Positions 35,602-44,828 of a stretch of 64,000 nucleotides of DNA are shown here, piece after piece. The DNA lies in IMG/VR virus record IMGVR_UViG_3300035212_003113, positions 186,001 through 250,000 of that record; one strand, 5' to 3'. Numbering within the stretch: position 1 is the stretch's first letter; every line of letters begins with the position of its first letter. The notes under the pieces are model-generated. The model saw only the letters and a list, made by a program, of their open reading frames with translations. It had not been told where the DNA came from and did not search any database. A program made the position numbers and the translations under genes.

Positions 35602-36495
35602 ATGCCAAAGTTCCTTTCTAAACGAGAAGAAAAGACCTGGAAAAAGGCCAAGTCTGCTTTTAAGAAGCAGAAGGGCCGAGCTCCGGGAAAAAAAGATTGG
35701 CCGCTAGTGATGCATATTTTCCAGGGCATGGAAAAGCGTGCAGTGAACATAGTTATTAAGCCGTACGAAATTTTTGTAAAAGAAGGCCTCGACCTGGTTG
35801 AACAGGTCTTTGGTGCTGGCTATTTCTCTGGCGTAAGTACCATTGTTGTGCAGCCGCACCAGACGCATCACTATGGAGAAGTCATTTCTGACGATCCAGA
35901 GACAATATACATATCGGCAGACAGGATAGAGCAGGAGTTTGCGCAGCATCCGTTAGAGAGGGCGTTTCAAATGGCCTCTACTCTTGTTCACGAAATGGGA
36001 CACATTAAATCTGGATTCAAGGGCGGAGAGGGCCCGGCCGAGGCCGAGGAGCATCGTTTTGCTCAGGTATTTAAGGAAAAGATTAAGTCAAATCCTGAGG
36101 CATTCAAGAAGTTCGATAAGAAATCCGTACTGCACGCCGACTTGGTTCGCCTCGCCAATGATGCAGATCTAGATGGTCACGTTGCGGCGGCCGACTTCTT
36201 AGATTCTGCTTTGCACAAAAAGGCAGATTCAACTGCAGATGTTGAGCAGATAATCCAAGGGATTATTGCACTTATCCGATACATGGTTAGCCGTGTATCA
36301 GATGAGAACAAGCAGAGCTTCAAAAACAGCCTTTTGCTAAAAATACGTCAGATATCCCCAGAGCTGTCTCAGAAAAGGAAGAACCCTTCTGCTGGCATAG
36401 GTGCCGTTTTTGGTCTTCTGAAGAACTTGATGGCAGGATTAGATCCTGCTCAGATAGGGTATATAGTTGGGCAGATTGCTTCGAGGGCAGCATGA
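35602..36495 (+). CDS. HExxH metallopeptidase-motif protein with shared helical module
   Basis: TLVHEMGH...GE..AE; LVRLANDADLDGHVAAADFLD. Confidence 0.65.
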   Translation: MPKFLSKREEKTWKKAKSAFKKQKGRAPGKKDWPLVMHIFQGMEKRAVNIVIKPYEIFVKEGLDLVEQVFGAGYFSGVSTIVVQPHQTHHYGEVISDDPETIYISADRIEQEFAQHPLERAFQMASTLVHEMGHIKSGFKGGEGPAEAEEHRFAQVFKEKIKSNPEAFKKFDKKSVLHADLVRLANDADLDGHVAAADFLDSALHKKADSTADVEQIIQGIIALIRYMVSRVSDENKQSFKNSLLLKIRQISPELSQKRKNPSAGIGAVFGLLKNLMAGLDPAQIGYIVGQIASRAA

Positions 36496-37184
36496 AGAAG
36501 AATGCAAGCACAGAGATGACCTCTCAGACCGACCCTGTTACCGGCAACAAGATATACGTAACTACCACGGCTCGCCTGCTCTTCAGGAAGATGCATCCTG
36601 AATGGGCAAAGGTAAAAAACGATATATTGAATGAGGCAATAGCAAAGGCATTTGCCTCTGCGAAGGTGATTCAAACCTTTAAATCTAAGAAATGGGAAGA
36701 GGAAGGCGATATCCGTGGCAGCGATTCGAGCAAGTTCATATGCATTCATCGCGGCTCTTTTCTCATAATTATAGCTGCAAAAGGCAGTCACAATCTGCCG
36801 CCTCCGCCAGCCAGATCGTCAAAAGCTAGCGCCCGCGTTGCGCTAGAGAAAAGTGCTGAAGGGCGGGACGATGCTATGCGCGCCCACCGCGGCTGGCTAG
36901 CGGAGCACTATTTTGATTTCTTTGTCGGGCATGCTGCGCTTGATGCCGAGAGTGAGAAGTCTCTTAAGGAGTATATAAAAAACAATGGTGGGCTCAAGAG
37001 TATGAAAGGCGCATCTCCTAAAGAACTCGCGGCCAAGGCTAAGAAAAAGCCGAGTGATGTTGCCAGCCAAATGGCCAGGACCATGCTCAGCGAGGATCAG
37101 CGCGGCCAGCTGACGCGCGAACCAGGTCTTTTGAACGATAGGCCTGGCAATCTTTCTGTTCCGTTTTCATTTCCACTGGAGTGA
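36492..37184 (+). CDS. Hypothetical basic protein
   Basis: ATGA overlap; MKKNA, LEKSA. Confidence 0.7.
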   Translation: MKKNASTEMTSQTDPVTGNKIYVTTTARLLFRKMHPEWAKVKNDILNEAIAKAFASAKVIQTFKSKKWEEEGDIRGSDSSKFICIHRGSFLIIIAAKGSHNLPPPPARSSKASARVALEKSAEGRDDAMRAHRGWLAEHYFDFFVGHAALDAESEKSLKEYIKNNGGLKSMKGASPKELAAKAKKKPSDVASQMARTMLSEDQRGQLTREPGLLNDRPGNLSVPFSFPLE

Positions 37185-37187
37185 GTG

Positions 37188-37748
37188 ATGTCTAGTATTA
37201 CCAAGAAATCTGCAGTGGAGTTTTCCGTTCCAGTCTCAGATGGCGAAAAAGAGCGCGCTGTCGCACTGAAGGATCGCATACATGATTTTTGCGATAGAAT
37301 AAAGAAGTTCAAGGATTTTTTCGATGCCTTTTTTACTTCTCTTGAGCAGATCAGCTCAGGCAAAGACCTAATTCCAATTGGCGCCACACTAAAGCGCTAT
37401 CAGTATAAGCTGCGCTCTCACTTTAATAACTGCGTCAAGACCCTTTCCCTGGTACTGGTTTCATATAGGAGTCTTTATTCTGAGTCACGTACGGATCAGA
37501 TAAGGGACGTAATGATGAATACTTTTTCTGAGGCACGGCTCAAGTTCATAGAGCTGATGAGTCTGATGGATGATTTTGACTCAGATAATTTTATAGCAGG
37601 GGCCAAGGAAAACTATCAACAGATCAATAATTATATGGAAAAGGTATTGGCCAGCTGCCAAGAAGAGTGGATTTCGCATATAGATAAGAATATTCTGGGT
37701 AAATTGAAGCTAGCTTCGAGTTTTTCGCTTGTAAGGACTACCAAATGA
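37188..37748 (+). CDS. Hypothetical helical protein
   Basis: SD GGAG; ITKKSA. Confidence 0.7.
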   Translation: MSSITKKSAVEFSVPVSDGEKERAVALKDRIHDFCDRIKKFKDFFDAFFTSLEQISSGKDLIPIGATLKRYQYKLRSHFNNCVKTLSLVLVSYRSLYSESRTDQIRDVMMNTFSEARLKFIELMSLMDDFDSDNFIAGAKENYQQINNYMEKVLASCQEEWISHIDKNILGKLKLASSFSLVRTTK

Positions 37749-37885
37749 TAATTAAATACGGGACATCCGAGGCCGCCGAAGTAATCGATGCGAAGAATAT
37801 TCCTTCGTGGGTGACTCGCGATCCGCCGAAATCCGAGCAGGATGGCGTGACGGAGTCTGACGATAATACAGAGGAAAAAGAATGA
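37745..37885 (+). CDS. 46-aa micro-protein absent from the ORF track
   Basis: MIIKYGTSEAAEVIDAKNIPSWVTRDPPKSEQDGVTESDDNTEEKE; ATGA overlaps at both ends, SD AAGGA. Confidence 0.65.
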   Translation: MIIKYGTSEAAEVIDAKNIPSWVTRDPPKSEQDGVTESDDNTEEKE

Positions 37886-40800
37886 GTATTGTCAAGCATG
37901 CCTTTATCGATGGCGTTTCTATTGGAATACTAGATAACAACAAACTCAATGATGATCCGGGCGTACAAGCCCGGTTTGCGGCCGTCACGAACAAGCTTCG
38001 TGACGAGCAAAAGAAGCGCGGCAGCAAGGAGCTCTCTCCTTATGTGGATGACTTCCTTTATGCCAGCTGCATTATGATGCATGCTGCAGAGGCAGCACTT
38101 GTCAATCAGGAGACGGGTGAACCGATCAAGACTGCGGCCGGCAAGTCGGCTGCAGGTTGGTTCGAGAAATACGATATCGATGGCGGCAAAGAGACTGCTC
38201 GCTGGGTATCGCCAGATGGCATTCGCCCAGTAAAGAATAACAATGGAGATATCTTCCCAGAATCCGAGCTACTAAAGGCCTATAAGAACTGGGTCGGCAA
38301 GCCGCTCTGCAAAGATCATGTGTCTAGCTCCGTAGACGGCATCCGCGGCGTAATCGTAGATACGTATTATGATCCAAAGTTTAAGCGTGTTCACGCGCTA
38401 TTTGCACTTGATAAGAAGAACTATCCCGATCTCGCCCGCAAGGTAGAGGCCGGCTATGCCACCAATGTCTCTATGGGCACGGCGGTTGGTCGCTCTATCT
38501 GCAGCGAGTGCCAGAACGTTGCAACCGTAGCATCTGAATTCTGCTCGCACGTCAAGTCGCGTACGCATTACGGCGAGATCAACTTTGATCTAAATCCAAT
38601 TGAGCTGAGCATCGTTGTCACCGGTGCAGATCCGCGTGCGAAGATTCGCAAGATTGTTGCAAGCCTAGACGAGTACCGTGCCCAGGCAGAGGAGCTGCGC
38701 AAGGTAAAAGGCGCTCCGCTAGAGGAGCTTGATCAGATTTCTGCAAACATCAAGGCTGCCGCAGCAGTTGCGGAAGAGATCGACGTAAAGCCGGTACTGT
38801 CCGACATAATCAGTATAATGGAGACATCAGAGCCTGGCAGTGGCGCCTTTGGTGATGCAACAGATAAGCTTGTCGCTCTGCTCTCGGAAGAGGGTAATGC
38901 TGAAGCCGTTTACTCTAACATCAAAGATGATCGCCCTCTGGTCGATTCGTTGCTAAATGCTCTACGAAGAGCTAAGGCACAGGATCTGGTGGAAAAGCTG
39001 AATTCTCTAAGGATTCAGAATGTGTCAGTGCCATCGATGCAGTCAACGGATACGACCAAGACGGTTGGCAGTGTAGATGGCGCGCTATCTAATTTGAATA
39101 CTAGCATAAAACCCAGCTCAACGCTGGGAGATATAGAGCTAGAGAACCAGGTAAGTGCGTTTGCTCCAGGTACCCGTGACATGTCCGGTCTGCAGCAATT
39201 TGCAGCATTATATACAGATGGCGTAGCCACAAAAGACGGGCAGCTGCTTGAAAAAGCAGCTAATGATCTGGCAGGCAGAATAACATCTATTAAAAACAGT
39301 TTGGATAGTTTGAAATCGTGTCTCCCGACCCAGAAGGCGGGAGTGGGAACAGGAGATATTATGACGTTTGATGAACTACGGAAGCGTGCTAACCTGCGGA
39401 AGAAGGCTTACATGCAGGGAACTGAGGAACCAAAGTCTTACCCCGCCATGGGAAATCCGGATCTACGTGATGGCGACCATCACCTACACGGTGAAGAGCT
39501 CGACACCTCCGTAGCTAATCCAGACCAGAAGACGAAGGAAATGCTGCTTCGCGCGTCGCTTAACGAGCGCCGTACTGCCCGCGCAGAGAAGCTGAAGGCC
39601 ATTGCTGAAATGGCTGTTGTCGTCAAGGACCAGTCAGGCAATCCAGCCGGCGCAATTGTCAACAAGAAGTTCGTTCCAAAGGCAATGGCTGATGATGGCC
39701 ACGACGCCGATGACGCCGATCACGCTGAAGACGGCGATCACGCCGCTGATGCCGAGCTCAAGAAGGCAGAGGCCGCTCTCGTTCAGCGCCTTGAGATGCT
39801 GAAGGAAGCCGCTAAGAAGAAGGCCAAAAAGCCAGTTAAGGAAGAAGAAGAGGATAAGCCTGCCAAGGGCGGCAAGGATGCCAAGAAGGCTAAGCCAACC
39901 AAGGGCGACGACAAGATGGACAAGATGAAGAAGAAGGCTTATCCACAGGGCACTGCTGAGCCAGAGTCATACAAGCCAATGGGCGATCCAGACCTCCGCG
40001 ACGGCGATCATCACCTGGGTGGCAAGGAGCTCGACACCAAGGCAGGCAATCCTGATCAGAAGGTCAAGGAGCTAATTCAGCGCGCCGGCCTAAAGGCTCG
40101 TCTCACCAAGTCGGCCAACGTTGCAAACTCACGTTGGGCAGTCCTCGCAGGCGACAAGGAAGTGTTCTCGGTCACCGCCGGCGATGCGTACAATGTTCAC
40201 CTTAATAAGCAGAGCGATGTTGCTGGCAAGACCTGGGGCGATCTGTTCGTTTCGCCAGCCTATGGCAAGCAGCTTATGGCGCAGATTCGCGCTGGCAAGA
40301 TTAGCAAGTTGGCAGAAGAGCTTGATGCTGCGAAGCAGTCAGTTGATGCTCCGGCCGCTGATGCAGCTCCAGCCCCCGCCGCTGCACCAGCTCCGGCCCC
40401 AATGGTAGATGTCGTTCCAGAAGCCAAGGGCGATGACGACATGAAGGACAAGCTCATGGCCGCTCTCGAGAAGCTCGAGGAGTGCATGCAGAATCTAAAA
40501 GACATTGTCATGGGCTCCGATAAGGGCGTAGACAACGTTGATGTAGATACCATGGCCGCTACGGCTTCACTCGACCGTGGCATGTTCGAGGCTCACGCAG
40601 AGCTGGCTTCGCTGGCTAGCGAGCTCAGCTTCCTCGCCAAGGAAGCAAATCTGAGCGTTCCGTCGGTACGCCTTGCTGCTCGCGCGGCAATCCGTGACGG
40701 TCACCTCGCTGCAATCGAGGCTAACGAGCGCATCGCTGAGTACGCCGATGCCTGCGACGGCGGCATGTATGTTCTCGATGAGGAGGAGCTAGAAGAGGTC

Positions 40801-41691
40801 GCCGAGGAAGTCGAGGAGGCTATTGAAGAGCACGATGAGGAGGAGCACGGCGATCTAGACAAGGCCCTAGAGGACCTCCGCAAGGAGCTTGCCGAGCTCG
40901 AGGACAAGGTTGATGAGCTCGAGGAAGAGGTCGAGGAAGGCGAAGAGGACGAGGAGAAGGAGTCGGACGCTATGGACGACAAACTCGCCGCCCGCGCCGC
41001 AATGCGCCAGCAGCTCGTTGCTCGCGCCGCGAAGGCTGATATGGTCACCGCAGATCCGATGTTGAATATTCACGGCAAGGGCGAGGGCAAGCTCGACCTC
41101 GGCATGAATATCTCGGATGATGGCGATGTCGTTGAGAGCGTATTCGAGGTACAGCAGAAGGTCATGAATACTCTTGGCGAGAAAGTCAAGAAGGCCGCTG
41201 CCGGTATCGCTGAGGCCGTCCGCAAGGGCGTCCTGAAGGATTCGCAGCTCGATGTACTCGTTGCTACCGCTGCAGTCGATGCAGAGGCCGTTAAGTACTA
41301 CCGCGATTACTTCGCCGGCGCCGATGCCGACTTCGCCAAGGGCCTTGTTGCAGAGTTCAAGAAGTCTGCTTCCGCCACAGAGGACGTTGGCTTCCGTTAC
41401 AAGCGCGCATACGCAGTAGCAATCGATGCACAGGCTCGCAACCTAATTGGCACCGGCCGCGCCGCTCTTGATGAGTGCGCCGACACGCTGGCCAACGGCA
41501 GCGACGCGAACTTCGATAGCTTCAAGCGCATGGTTGGCAGTGTCAAGACCTCTGTCCGTACGGCCGGTGTCGTACCCCAGATGGGCGTCGTTGATGGCGG
41601 CGAAGCCACGAATACGCGCACGGCCTCGGACAATGGTTCCGTTGATGTACGCGATTGGCGCAGCCTAGGCAAAGCGCTGTTCGATATCTGA
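37882..41691 (+). CDS. Prohead maturation protease fused to scaffold/core protein
   Basis: NNNGDIF, GKPLCKDH (His), VSMG (Ser), CxxC...CxH, ELSIV..GAD as in HK97/assemblin-fold proteases; long charged coiled-coil C-terminus. Confidence 0.8.
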   Translation: MSIVKHAFIDGVSIGILDNNKLNDDPGVQARFAAVTNKLRDEQKKRGSKELSPYVDDFLYASCIMMHAAEAALVNQETGEPIKTAAGKSAAGWFEKYDIDGGKETARWVSPDGIRPVKNNNGDIFPESELLKAYKNWVGKPLCKDHVSSSVDGIRGVIVDTYYDPKFKRVHALFALDKKNYPDLARKVEAGYATNVSMGTAVGRSICSECQNVATVASEFCSHVKSRTHYGEINFDLNPIELSIVVTGADPRAKIRKIVASLDEYRAQAEELRKVKGAPLEELDQISANIKAAAAVAEEIDVKPVLSDIISIMETSEPGSGAFGDATDKLVALLSEEGNAEAVYSNIKDDRPLVDSLLNALRRAKAQDLVEKLNSLRIQNVSVPSMQSTDTTKTVGSVDGALSNLNTSIKPSSTLGDIELENQVSAFAPGTRDMSGLQQFAALYTDGVATKDGQLLEKAANDLAGRITSIKNSLDSLKSCLPTQKAGVGTGDIMTFDELRKRANLRKKAYMQGTEEPKSYPAMGNPDLRDGDHHLHGEELDTSVANPDQKTKEMLLRASLNERRTARAEKLKAIAEMAVVVKDQSGNPAGAIVNKKFVPKAMADDGHDADDADHAEDGDHAADAELKKAEAALVQRLEMLKEAAKKKAKKPVKEEEEDKPAKGGKDAKKAKPTKGDDKMDKMKKKAYPQGTAEPESYKPMGDPDLRDGDHHLGGKELDTKAGNPDQKVKELIQRAGLKARLTKSANVANSRWAVLAGDKEVFSVTAGDAYNVHLNKQSDVAGKTWGDLFVSPAYGKQLMAQIRAGKISKLAEELDAAKQSVDAPAADAAPAPAAAPAPAPMVDVVPEAKGDDDMKDKLMAALEKLEECMQNLKDIVMGSDKGVDNVDVDTMAATASLDRGMFEAHAELASLASELSFLAKEANLSVPSVRLAARAAIRDGHLAAIEANERIAEYADACDGGMYVLDEEELEEVAEEVEEAIEEHDEEEHGDLDKALEDLRKELAELEDKVDELEEEVEEGEEDEEKESDAMDDKLAARAAMRQQLVARAAKADMVTADPMLNIHGKGEGKLDLGMNISDDGDVVESVFEVQQKVMNTLGEKVKKAAAGIAEAVRKGVLKDSQLDVLVATAAVDAEAVKYYRDYFAGADADFAKGLVAEFKKSASATEDVGFRYKRAYAVAIDAQARNLIGTGRAALDECADTLANGSDANFDSFKRMVGSVKTSVRTAGVVPQMGVVDGGEATNTRTASDNGSVDVRDWRSLGKALFDI
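39361..41691 (+). CDS. Predicted nested in-frame scaffold protein (776 aa) from internal ATG
   Basis: AGGAG at 39351-39355, CTATTAA at 39287, apparent codon-usage shift downstream. Confidence 0.6.
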   Translation: MTFDELRKRANLRKKAYMQGTEEPKSYPAMGNPDLRDGDHHLHGEELDTSVANPDQKTKEMLLRASLNERRTARAEKLKAIAEMAVVVKDQSGNPAGAIVNKKFVPKAMADDGHDADDADHAEDGDHAADAELKKAEAALVQRLEMLKEAAKKKAKKPVKEEEEDKPAKGGKDAKKAKPTKGDDKMDKMKKKAYPQGTAEPESYKPMGDPDLRDGDHHLGGKELDTKAGNPDQKVKELIQRAGLKARLTKSANVANSRWAVLAGDKEVFSVTAGDAYNVHLNKQSDVAGKTWGDLFVSPAYGKQLMAQIRAGKISKLAEELDAAKQSVDAPAADAAPAPAAAPAPAPMVDVVPEAKGDDDMKDKLMAALEKLEECMQNLKDIVMGSDKGVDNVDVDTMAATASLDRGMFEAHAELASLASELSFLAKEANLSVPSVRLAARAAIRDGHLAAIEANERIAEYADACDGGMYVLDEEELEEVAEEVEEAIEEHDEEEHGDLDKALEDLRKELAELEDKVDELEEEVEEGEEDEEKESDAMDDKLAARAAMRQQLVARAAKADMVTADPMLNIHGKGEGKLDLGMNISDDGDVVESVFEVQQKVMNTLGEKVKKAAAGIAEAVRKGVLKDSQLDVLVATAAVDAEAVKYYRDYFAGADADFAKGLVAEFKKSASATEDVGFRYKRAYAVAIDAQARNLIGTGRAALDECADTLANGSDANFDSFKRMVGSVKTSVRTAGVVPQMGVVDGGEATNTRTASDNGSVDVRDWRSLGKALFDI
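39394..40092 (+). repeat. Two copies of a 56-aa repeat (39394-39561, 39925-40092)
   Basis: KKAY.QGT.EP.SY..MG.PDLRDGDHHL.G.ELDT...NPDQK.KE...RA.L, 38/56 identical by hand. Confidence 0.9.
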
Positions 41692-41714
41692 GTAAAATAG
41701 TACTCAGATAAACG

Positions 41715-41744
41715 AGTCCCCGCTCCGGCGGGGACTTCTTTTTT
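41715..41744 (+). terminator. Intrinsic terminator
   Basis: AGTCCCCGC-tccg-GCGGGGACT-TCTTTTTT. Confidence 0.9.
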
Positions 41745-41841
41745 ATAAATCGCGCCGGCAGATCAATAAATGTAAATATTTTTGTCCGTCTAGCGGACCG
41801 TAATTTATTGAAAAGGAACATATAAGCCAGGTGAGGCATTT

Positions 41842-41985
41842 ATGTTTGACTTAGACCGGCTTGAGATGCAGTCAGAAATGCAAGAGCTGAAAGAGTTGGG
41901 CCTAGATCCGGAGGAAATACGAGGATATATATGTTTTTTCTGGGTAGATTCTGAAGAAAGTGAGGTAGGAAATGTCATCAATTGA
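41842..41985 (+). CDS. 47-aa acidic micro-protein absent from the ORF track
   Basis: MFDLDRLEMQSEMQELKELGLDPEEIRGYICFFWVDSEESEVGNVIN; SD GAGG. Confidence 0.55.
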   Translation: MFDLDRLEMQSEMQELKELGLDPEEIRGYICFFWVDSEESEVGNVIN

Positions 41986-42178
41986 TATCGCAGATGAGAT
42001 CGCAAAGGGAATGCAGGATGCCTTGACAGAGAATGCTCCCAAGATCGAAGGGCACTTTTCAGGCGTTGCTAACCAGCTGGCCAATACTGCCAATGCGTTA
42101 GATGCTGCCGGTAGCCCGTTGGCTGCACGAGTAGACTCGCTGCTTGGTCAGATGGTCAGTGTACTAGGAGAGGACTGA
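41972..42178 (+). CDS. Small protein consisting largely of the shared helical module
   Basis: LANTANALDAAGSPLAARVDSLL; SD GAGG/AGGA. Confidence 0.7.
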   Translation: MSSIDIADEIAKGMQDALTENAPKIEGHFSGVANQLANTANALDAAGSPLAARVDSLLGQMVSVLGED

Positions 42179-42885
42179 TGCTTAGGCCAATTCACGTAGG
42201 TAGAAATTGGCCAACGCAGCGGCCTCTTGATCCTAATGCGACCTTCCTGCCTGGCATGATTGCCCAGCACAAGCTGATCGGCAATGAAATCGTACTGGGC
42301 GTAAGCGACGGTATCGCACCATTTGGCATAATAGAGGACGTGCGCGAGGTAGCTCACGTAAGGCCATCTATTGATGAAATAGTTGTTATAACTCCTGATT
42401 CATCAGAAATAGATGTGTCAACGGGTGTTCCAGCACTTGCAATAAGCAAGGTTGCATTTCTTAAAAACGCCAATGTGCTGCAGCACAGCTTTGCCTCGGA
42501 CATTCCCGGCGTAGAGCTGATTGCAATAAATGGCGCAGTCAATGTCGTCGCAGGCACTGTTCTGAATGCCAAGCTTAGCCCGATATCTACAACTAATGAC
42601 AGCGTAATGATACGTGTTAGATATTCCTATTATGTGCCGAACCGGCCAGGAGACGATACTACGCTAGGCAGCAACAAGGTAACCGTATGGCCAAATCCCA
42701 GTGGCTGCATATTTGCTACTGATCAGTATGAGACAGCAGTGCCATATCCGCTTAATGCAGCGCTCTATGTAAGCTCTGGCGGTCGTCTGACTACCGAGCA
42801 GCTAATGGATGCCCAGCCGGCCGTAGCAATGGTTTGTGTGCCACCCACTAGCGTAAACCCAATGCTAGAGTTTATGTGGCTGTGA
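42178..42885 (+). CDS. Putative capsid decoration-like protein (paralog of 49117)
   Basis: TTLGSNKVTVW...G.LT vs TSTASGKVTLW...GLL. Confidence 0.5.
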   Translation: MLRPIHVGRNWPTQRPLDPNATFLPGMIAQHKLIGNEIVLGVSDGIAPFGIIEDVREVAHVRPSIDEIVVITPDSSEIDVSTGVPALAISKVAFLKNANVLQHSFASDIPGVELIAINGAVNVVAGTVLNAKLSPISTTNDSVMIRVRYSYYVPNRPGDDTTLGSNKVTVWPNPSGCIFATDQYETAVPYPLNAALYVSSGGRLTTEQLMDAQPAVAMVCVPPTSVNPMLEFMWL

Positions 42886-42892
42886 GGAGTTT

Positions 42893-43477
42893 ATGAAAAA
42901 AGATCTTTCATCGTTTGCGCGTATGTTCGAGGCGGATTCCGGCATGGATCGCCGCGACCCATTTGTTTCTGCGTGGTCAGATGCGCTCATGCAGAGCAAT
43001 TCACAGCGCAATCGCAAGTTTATTGCTACTGACGTAGACAACTGGCTGAATACCATGATGAAAGAGGCGGCGGGCGCCGATGACTCTGCCACGGTAGATG
43101 TTTGGCTTGATGGCAGCAATGACCTATTCTGCGTATCGCTAACGGATACGTCAGGCTGCTCAGAGTTCTGTGTAGCTCCGCCACGCAGTCCTAAAACGGA
43201 CAAAGAGCGCCTCATTCTTTCTGTAATCAACGGCGGACAGGATGCTTACGACGCTCTGCGCAAGACCGTTATGAAATTCAAAGCTGGCGATGCGCCAGCA
43301 GTGACTGAGTCGGACAAGCGCGAAGCAGAGATCGTCGAAGAAGAGATGTCCGATGACCAAATAGATGAGATCTCTGGTAAACTAGATAAGGCTGCTTCCC
43401 TAGTTGCTAATAATCAAGCTGCAGCATACATGATCGAATTAGCAGCCTCTCGCATCAGAGAGCTTAAGAACGGGTGA
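42893..43477 (+). CDS. Hypothetical protein
   Basis: SD GAGGAG; MMKEA. Confidence 0.7.
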   Translation: MKKDLSSFARMFEADSGMDRRDPFVSAWSDALMQSNSQRNRKFIATDVDNWLNTMMKEAAGADDSATVDVWLDGSNDLFCVSLTDTSGCSEFCVAPPRSPKTDKERLILSVINGGQDAYDALRKTVMKFKAGDAPAVTESDKREAEIVEEEMSDDQIDEISGKLDKAASLVANNQAAAYMIELAASRIRELKNG

Positions 43478-43482
43478 AAAAT

Positions 43483-43872
43483 ATGTCTAAGTTTGTTGAT
43501 GTAGACGGCATTCTTGCCGAGGTTCAGAAGAAGATGGCCGGCCAGTCGACCATGCCGAAGAGCGTCTTCAAGCAGGACGCCGCTCGTGAAGACGTTGATG
43601 TTCAGAGCGAGCTAAACAAGCGCGCCGAGGCCTACTTCAGTAAGATCCTTGACGAAGCTCACCCGAAGTCAGTAAAGCTCGAGGGCATCGACGCAACGGT
43701 AATGACTCTAGAGGATCGCCATGCTGCGGCCATGGAGACCTTGAGCGACGCAAAGCGCAAGAAGCTTGCGGCCGTTGCTATGCAGCTAGTTCATGTTGCG
43801 AATCAGGCTGAAAAAGATGGCCTAACAAAGCAGGCCGCTGATCTTCGTATTGCTGCTCGCAAGCTAGTTTGA
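43483..43872 (+). CDS. Hypothetical internal protein with AHP motif and helical module
   Basis: ILDEAHPK; LVHVANQAEKDGLTKQAADL. Confidence 0.75.
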   Translation: MSKFVDVDGILAEVQKKMAGQSTMPKSVFKQDAAREDVDVQSELNKRAEAYFSKILDEAHPKSVKLEGIDATVMTLEDRHAAAMETLSDAKRKKLAAVAMQLVHVANQAEKDGLTKQAADLRIAARKLV

Positions 43873-43884
43873 AGTGGTTTTTCA

Positions 43885-44826
43885 ATGAGTACCAAGAAAC
43901 AAAAAATAGGCGAGATATTCGCGTCGCTTCAATCAGACCTCTTGCGGCTCAATGAGGTAGCAGCCTCTCGCTTCGTAAAGCGCGCATGGATGTTCGAAAG
44001 TGCTTATACAAATACTGCGGATGCGCTTAAGAATTTAAAGTCTGCAAAAGAGAGTGCCGAAGAAGCAGTGAAAGGCGTTCCAGTTCTCGCCAGAGAGGGC
44101 AAGATAAAAGATCCTACCGCCGTTTTACGCGACTTTCAGCTATTGAATAAGAGCATCTCTGCTCAGGTGCGTGCTTTTGAGCTCGAGCTGGAAAAGCCAC
44201 TAAGGCAGCTTGATTACTGGGCAAAGACTGGTCCATCGTTCCTGAAGCAAAAGAAGGCAGAGATAGAGAGTATGCTTGATGCTGCTAAAAAAAGTAGCGC
44301 TGCTCCAACATCTCTTGCCATATTTGATACTCCGGCGGAGGATCTCCTTGATCCGATTACAAGGGCCCTCTCGGATGCAGTTGATGAAATAGAGAATGCG
44401 CAGTCGGCCCTTGGTGATTCTGCTGATGCGGCATCTGTACCGGCAGCACAGCCCGATGCAGCAGTTGCTCCATCGCCTGATGGCGCCGCAGCCGGTGACG
44501 AGGCTTCTCAGGCGTACGACACATATATACTTGGCGGAAAGAAGGCTCTGGATGAGTTCTTTGACAAGTATAATGTAGAGCAAGACCCCAAAGATCCAAA
44601 CTTTATCAAAGAGTATTTTGATATAGTCAAGAAACACATAATTGACAGCAAACAAGTGCAGACATTGATGCTGAATGCTGACAAACAGGGCGAGGCGAGA
44701 GAGAAGCTGATTCGCATGCCCAGATTTATCGAGGCAGCCCAGAAGGCGCATAATGCAGTTGTGGATCAAATACAAATCGCCTCGAATCAAATTGATCAGG
44801 CAGACGCAACTCTTCCAGAGAGATAA
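43885..44826 (+). CDS. Hypothetical helical protein
   Basis: FVKRA motif; packed ORF. Confidence 0.7.
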   Translation: MSTKKQKIGEIFASLQSDLLRLNEVAASRFVKRAWMFESAYTNTADALKNLKSAKESAEEAVKGVPVLAREGKIKDPTAVLRDFQLLNKSISAQVRAFELELEKPLRQLDYWAKTGPSFLKQKKAEIESMLDAAKKSSAAPTSLAIFDTPAEDLLDPITRALSDAVDEIENAQSALGDSADAASVPAAQPDAAVAPSPDGAAAGDEASQAYDTYILGGKKALDEFFDKYNVEQDPKDPNFIKEYFDIVKKHIIDSKQVQTLMLNADKQGEAREKLIRMPRFIEAAQKAHNAVVDQIQIASNQIDQADATLPER

Positions 44827-44828
44827 GC

